Below are positions 58,631-64,000 of a stretch of DNA of 64,000 nt, one piece after another. Under the pieces are notes generated by a model. It saw only the letters and a list, made by a program, of their open reading frames with translations, was not told the origin of the DNA and did no database searches. Each line of letters starts with the position of its first letter. Positions within the stretch are counted from its first letter, which is position 1. The stretch is from NCBI GenBank assembly GCA_004764695.1, contig SMSO01000034.1:2170001-2234000 (forward strand), written 5' to 3'. Made by a program: the position numbers and the translations under genes. This DNA is from Schizochytrium sp. TIO01 (Eukaryota; Protista; Bigyra: Labyrinthulomycetes).

Positions 58631-58913
58631 GCAATTCAACGAAGACTTCAACTGTAGTCCTTGTGGACGTGCGCTGCGAGGCCGTGCCGAGGCAAAGCAG
58701 AACTTTGTTCGAGGCGAGCTTTGTCAACAACGAGGGAAGGAGGGCCACGCATATGCATTTGCCATCGATCCAGGTTTGCAGGTATTGTCTTGACCGATTT
58801 AAGACCTTCAAGCGCGGCCTTTTTACTACTGCCGTGCGCGTTGCGCTTGCCCAGTTGGACTAAGTGAACTCGGCGTGGATTAAGTGAACCTGGCGTAGTC
58901 CAAGAGTTGAAAT

Positions 58914-58971
58914 GGTCCAACTGATAGGAATAGTGTTTGTCCAAGAAAGCGCTCCCAACCTTGAGATCCAG
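58914..58971 (-). promoter_or_regulatory. Shared upstream dyad motif, copy 7, with second box TCAGTTGGAC; lies in the divergent spacer shared with the TIR gene
   Basis: Reverse complement ctggatctcaaggttgggagcgctttcttgga...tcagttggacc, about 341 bp upstream of ATG 58630. Confidence 0.7.
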
Positions 58972-59683
58972 GTATCAACTTCCTAATTTTAATTTCATAA
59001 TTTTAATTCCATAACAAGGTAGAACATTTCTTTTTTCTCTTCTCATTGAGAAGAAGCGCCTTTTTTTATTCAATAAAAAGAGAATCAACTTTAAAAAACA
59101 AAACAAAACAATTTTTATTTTTATTTTTTAAAAATAATAAAATGTTACACATAATTTGAATATATCTATATAGGCCGTTTCCCTCGTTTTGTTTCTTTTC
59201 TTTTTTCATATGATAATAATGATATCGAATAATAAAACATAAAAAGAATAACAAGATCGCAGTTGCAAACATGAGCACGCTTAAATGAGATTAGATTACT
59301 GAATTAAAACATGCACGCACGACTTGGCTTGAAGAGGAGTTAGCAAAGAGTTTGCGAAGGATCCATAATTCCGAGTTGACTGTTTGACATTGTTCATTGA
59401 AAGCGCAATGAACCTTGTGACAAATATAGAGGCTTAATTTGTTGAATCTTGGACAGCACGATACTATGTTTATATTGATCAAGTTGTACTGGATTTCAAC
59501 CATGAGAGCGTTCTGCTGGATTGCCTATCTTCGTGTAGGCTGCTATGCAAGTCCAATTTCGCAAGTCCGGGGACTCCATATGAACTAATGACAAGCAAGT
59601 CGCAAGGCTGAAAGTTGCACATGGCTGACAGCAATCCCATATCATAGAGACAAGCGTTGCGCAAGTCAGAAACCCTCACAGCG

Positions 59684-62521
59684 ATGTGGACCTTTTCACG
59701 AGAAAGACACGTGGGTATGCCTCCAAGAACAGTGCGATGCATGCAAAACGCAAGAATGCCTCCGACGGGCCTTTTCCCGGGATGTGTAGAAGAGATGTTC
59801 TTCGGTTTCGACGAATCGCCATTCGGTTTCAACACCATGGAGGCTGCTAGAATTGAAGCTTTGCAGAAACGACAAGAAGCAAAGGAGCTTCGAAAGATGC
59901 TCGTCATTGCGTGTAAGGAAGGTGATCTGAAGCTGGCCAAGCGCTGTATCTGTAACGGAGCAAGTGAAAACTCCCAAGATCGGGAGGGTAAAACTGCCCT
60001 GATGTGGGCATCTCAGAGTGGAAACTTGGAGCTCGTTAAGTTTCTTGTGAACTCAGGAGCACAGGTAAATGCAAGAACGAAAACTGGCGGAGGCACAGCG
60101 CTAATGTGGGCATGCGAATTTGGCCATATTTCCATTGCTAAGCTCTTGATTAAATGCGGCGCCGACGTGAACCTAGGAATGCACATCAACGCAACTCCTC
60201 TTATAATGGCCAGCCAGTCTGGGTGCATTGATGCTATTACTTGCTTAATCAAACACGGAGCAAACATCAATGTGCAAGAGATGGGTGGTGGAAGGAGTGC
60301 GCTCATGCTCGCATGCTCCCATGGCTATTTTGAGGTTGTAAATATACTCTTAAAACACAGAGCAGAGGTAAACCTCCAAGACAAAAGGGGATTTACTGCA
60401 CTATGGCATGCATGCATGTCAAATGTTTTGGATATAGTGACGCTGCTACTCCAGAACAACGCGAACTTATGCTTGCGTGACCAATATGGAAGGCAATTGC
60501 ATGAAGTGCAGTCGAACAAGAACCCCAATTCTCCTATTACAAAGCTTCTCCTATTTATCAGAGGTAGTATTGTGTCCGACTTTCTTTTGAAGCAACTCAA
60601 GCTCTCACAGCGTGTACCAGTTGCCTTCTATCAGCAGCATGTGCTTACTGTTAAAGATTGTGAGCGCCTTGATCACGAGGATTTACAAACTCTTGGAGTT
60701 AAATCCATGAAGGACCGTCTCGCCTTCTTGCGAAGATTCAATCCTACGAGTGAGGCTGCTCAAACGAAGAGTTTCTCTACTACGACGAGTGGGTCGGAGG
60801 AAAACGTATCGACTTACACGCCAGGCACAACTCTAGTCGCAGTCAAGACCTTCTCTGGCGAGCTAAACGTCACAAAGGGTACTCGTCTACGAGCATTGAA
60901 AAGGAGCGATGACAATTGGATCATCGCTGAGATCGAAGCCAGCAAGCAAAGAGGCATGATTCCTGTAAGCTATGTTGTCACCGAAGAAGAGTTTGCAAAT
61001 GATAGTGAAAACCAAGACAAAGTTGGACACAGTGATCAAAGTGATGCACGTAATTCCACAGGAGAGCGTAGCGATGATGACTGTGAAAGTGACGAGGAAG
61101 GAAAGGGCAATGATTTCCTGGATTTTCTTCACTTTCTTGACAGCGAAGAAGACAGCGAAGAAGACAGCGAAGATGAGGATGAAGAAGAATTCTATTATGA
61201 AGATGAGCAAGAAGAAGAGGAGGAGGAGGAGGAGGAGGAGGAAGAAGAAGAGGAAGAAGAAGAAGGAGAAGACAGCGAATACGATGAAACAGAAAACAAT
61301 GAAGTAGATAAAGTAGAAAATAAGGATATAGAGCATGGTCTAGAGAATGAAGATCTTGATTCAGACAACTCCAGCCAAGAGGAAGAAGAGGAAGAGGGAA
61401 AGAATGAATGCGACGATGACGATGGAAAACCCAAGAACAAATCAAAAGAGGCAGGAAAGCTGTTTACCGACACTGAAAAGAGCAGCACTTCCCAGGCTTC
61501 AAAGTTGAAAGTCTCCACTAGCTTTCGCATTCCGTCGGCCCCAAAAGAAAGGCCGTCTCAAACAAGTTCCGAATCATCCGTGGACCGCTGTTCAAGTATG
61601 TCAGGTTTAGCAACAACAGGTTTCGGATTTGGCGAGACTTCATCGCTACCGGCAGCAGACAAAATTTCGCCCCCTTCAGAAAATCCTTTTATTGAGTTTT
61701 CCACGTCTTCGAACAAACAATCACCAAATCCTGGTCCAGAATGTCCTCGCGTTTGGTCGTCAGAGGGTCCGCTCCGTAATATTCCAGATTTCGACTTTGG
61801 CGTTAAATTTTCTTGCCCATCATCGCGTCTTGGTGGCGATTCTGCGCAGGCAAAGGCACGCCAACCTTCTACAAGTGGAGGATTTCGAGTTGGCAAGGCT
61901 AGGCGACGATTGTACTTGGGAGTCCGTACAAGACAGAGTAACGACAAAGCGCCTTCACCATTCTCACCGGAGCATTCTCCGTTTACATCTGAAACACCGC
62001 CTTGTAGGCCCAACACAAAGGCTAACCAAGGTGCCGAAAGCAGTGACAAGAATTTTGATGTGTTCTTATCCCATGCTTGGGGAGAGGATGCAAAAACTCA
62101 CAAGCTTGTAAAACGTGTAAAGGACACGCTGGAAGAGAAACACTTAATTAGTTGTTGGTTCGACGAGGACCAGATTACCCATGGTGATGTAAAGCAAGCC
62201 ATGGCAGATGGAATTTCGAAAAGCAAGGCCAGTATTATTTTTGTGACACGGCAATACATGGAAAAAGTGAATATGAAACCAGGCTCTCAGGACAACTGCT
62301 GTCTTGAATTCAACTATATCACAAAGCGACATTCGGTTGCTATGATGATACCTGTGGTTCTTGAGTCTGAAATGAAAAACCAGAATCTATGGGACGGAGT
62401 CTTTGGCATGACTTGGGGCAGCCCACTCTATGTGGATATGACGAAAGGCGGTGAAGAAATTGAAGTCAGAAGACTTGTTACTATGATTCAAAACGTTCTT
62501 CAATCAGCTATTACTTGCTAG
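59684..62521 (+). CDS. Ankyrin-repeat + SAM + SH3 + acidic linker + TIR (TIR_2-type) protein
   Basis: About 6 ankyrin repeats (GKTALMWASQSGNLELVKFLV etc.). SAM (LDHEDLQTLGVKSMKDRLAF). SH3 (ELNVTKG..DDNWIIAE..RGMIPVSYV). Poly-E tract. TIR: FDVFLSHAWG, CWFDEDQI, DGISKSKASIIFVTRQY, DNCCLEFNY, MIPVVLE. Start codon uncertain among several ATGs. Confidence 0.9.
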   Translation: MWTFSRERHVGMPPRTVRCMQNARMPPTGLFPGCVEEMFFGFDESPFGFNTMEAARIEALQKRQEAKELRKMLVIACKEGDLKLAKRCICNGASENSQDREGKTALMWASQSGNLELVKFLVNSGAQVNARTKTGGGTALMWACEFGHISIAKLLIKCGADVNLGMHINATPLIMASQSGCIDAITCLIKHGANINVQEMGGGRSALMLACSHGYFEVVNILLKHRAEVNLQDKRGFTALWHACMSNVLDIVTLLLQNNANLCLRDQYGRQLHEVQSNKNPNSPITKLLLFIRGSIVSDFLLKQLKLSQRVPVAFYQQHVLTVKDCERLDHEDLQTLGVKSMKDRLAFLRRFNPTSEAAQTKSFSTTTSGSEENVSTYTPGTTLVAVKTFSGELNVTKGTRLRALKRSDDNWIIAEIEASKQRGMIPVSYVVTEEEFANDSENQDKVGHSDQSDARNSTGERSDDDCESDEEGKGNDFLDFLHFLDSEEDSEEDSEDEDEEEFYYEDEQEEEEEEEEEEEEEEEEEEGEDSEYDETENNEVDKVENKDIEHGLENEDLDSDNSSQEEEEEEGKNECDDDDGKPKNKSKEAGKLFTDTEKSSTSQASKLKVSTSFRIPSAPKERPSQTSSESSVDRCSSMSGLATTGFGFGETSSLPAADKISPPSENPFIEFSTSSNKQSPNPGPECPRVWSSEGPLRNIPDFDFGVKFSCPSSRLGGDSAQAKARQPSTSGGFRVGKARRRLYLGVRTRQSNDKAPSPFSPEHSPFTSETPPCRPNTKANQGAESSDKNFDVFLSHAWGEDAKTHKLVKRVKDTLEEKHLISCWFDEDQITHGDVKQAMADGISKSKASIIFVTRQYMEKVNMKPGSQDNCCLEFNYITKRHSVAMMIPVVLESEMKNQNLWDGVFGMTWGSPLYVDMTKGGEEIEVRRLVTMIQNVLQSAITC

Positions 62522-64000
62522 CGCAACATCCAATTTGGAGGTTCAGATGAAGGTTCAGATTGTAAATATATAAACAAAACTTCCGCATTCTGCTTTTCTT
62601 AAAATTTTCGGTATATAAAAAGTGACGGAGATAGGTGATGACATCACTGGACTAACTGTGCCTCTACAGAAAATAGATATTCGACGACTAGGCGCTCTCA
62701 CTAGACAGAGGTAAAGAGCTTAAATCTTTTAGATCCTGAAAATGGGCAAGCCAAAACAATCACTGATGACTACGCCTTTTGCAAGCGCGTGTCGAAGACT
62801 ACAAATCTTGATGACATGATCAAGGATGTTTGGTTTTCTCCAGATTTTATTTGCGAGGATCAAGAACTGGTATTCCATCCATAGCAGCTTGCAAATAAAC
62901 GGATACCCTTTGCCTCAAAGATTGCTACTGCGAAACCAAAAGCTTACCACGCCTTCAGAACAAAAGCTTTACAGAGTAAGTGATATTTTTCATTCTTGGT
63001 TGAGCTGCAAAAAGTAGCATAGTACAAAATGAAATTAATTTTTTTTGTTTATTTTATTTGCTCCCAAAGTTTAAAATTTGTCTTTGTCGACTTACTCTGC
63101 GCGTGCCTTTGTAACCTTATTTCACGCTAGTCTTAGACATTGAGCTCCTGCAGAAATGGATTCGCAAAACCACAGTAGATTTTGAAAAAAATAAAATCTG
63201 TTTTTCCAATGATAAACCGTGTATATATAGACGTTTCGGACGGCGCGTGTCTTGATTGTGTAAAGTGCTGTTTTTGGCTTGCTTCTATGTAAATTGTTTG
63301 ATCGTCAACCCACACATAGACCGTCCCTCTGTAGCTAAATAAAGTGATAGACCTGTTGGCCATGGGCTAAACTCTGATCTTGCGTGTAATCAATATGCAT
63401 GAGTGAAGGGGTCCTCGGAAAGATCACTAACAGCATTATTTTATTAAAAATTTTGTTAACGAAAAAAGTAGACGCGTGCACGCGCTCCCTCATTTGGCAT
63501 AGACAGACTTGCTTCGAGTTCCCGGAAACCTTGCTTCAGGCGTTCTTTTACGCTAGAAGTTTACAACGGAGCCCTTGGTCCTGGAGAGTGTATACGCCAT
63601 TACGCCATAAACTGCATGGTCGATCGTGCTGCACACACTAGTCGTGGACACCATTGAAGCTTCAAAGTAGGGTAGAATCTACTAGTATTGCACTATACTT
63701 ATGTCTAAGCTAAAAGAGAATTGCATGTTTGGCTGTGTATGTAGCCGCCTATATAATTTTCTATTCACCTTCGAAAGACTGTATTGGTGTTCATAATCAG
63801 CCCAGATTTTACTCTAGTTCTTATTACTTGATAGATTTTAGTTTAGTTTTAAAAGTTTTTGTATCTAAATATGTATGTATTTCTTTTAATATACAAATAG
63901 TCTCTTCAAGTTCACCAAGCTCCTAAAGCAAAACCAAAACGCAAGGCATCCAACGCAGCGCTGTCTGTTTCAAGCACGGAAGTAAGGGGAGGCCGATTTC

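Noticed and set aside
1-64000. tRNA, rRNA, telomeric arrays, transposase or reverse-transcriptase genes, viral hallmark genes
   Set aside because: None recognised by eye. The GPRGG module alone is not evidence of an endogenous virus. tRNAscan/Infernal/RepeatModeler would be needed to exclude these formally.

Overview
Eukaryotic nuclear DNA. It is gene-dense and intron-poor (GT-AG introns seen only in SPT4 and a TPR-TTL gene), with AT-rich spacers. This style and the gene content suggest a heterotrophic stramenopile such as a thraustochytrid/labyrinthulomycete (inference only). The window has two halves. About 1-26.2 kb is a core block of intact genes: a hypothetical protein with a possible FABP/lipocalin-like C-terminus, an L/F-transferase homologue, a TPR+TTL-like ATP-grasp ligase, SPT4, two tandem Rv2258c-like methyltransferases, a DUF1244-MogA fusion, a KIF15-like kinesin, and a STIM-like protein with tandem EF-SAM-FN3 modules and a FYVE-like tail. 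About 26.2-64 kb is a fast-turnover accessory block. It holds kinase and Old Yellow Enzyme pseudogenes, three paralogues of a secreted/GPI-type Cys protein (one intact, two disrupted), and five loci of a Q/E/K/W-rich coiled-coil family. Each family member has an N-terminal hydrophobic (usually Trp-rich) helix, and some end in tandem GPRGGxYYINSxGNKxY modules (PBCV basic-adaptor-like). All five loci have the same dyad DNA motif (CTGGA-TCTCAA-NN-TTGRGA-GCGCT) about 290-340 bp upstream of the ATG. The cluster sits head-to-head with an ankyrin-SAM-SH3-TIR gene that keeps the putative NADase glutamate. No rRNA, tRNA, CRISPR array or recognisable transposase was seen. All domain calls come from motif recognition by eye, not from database searches.
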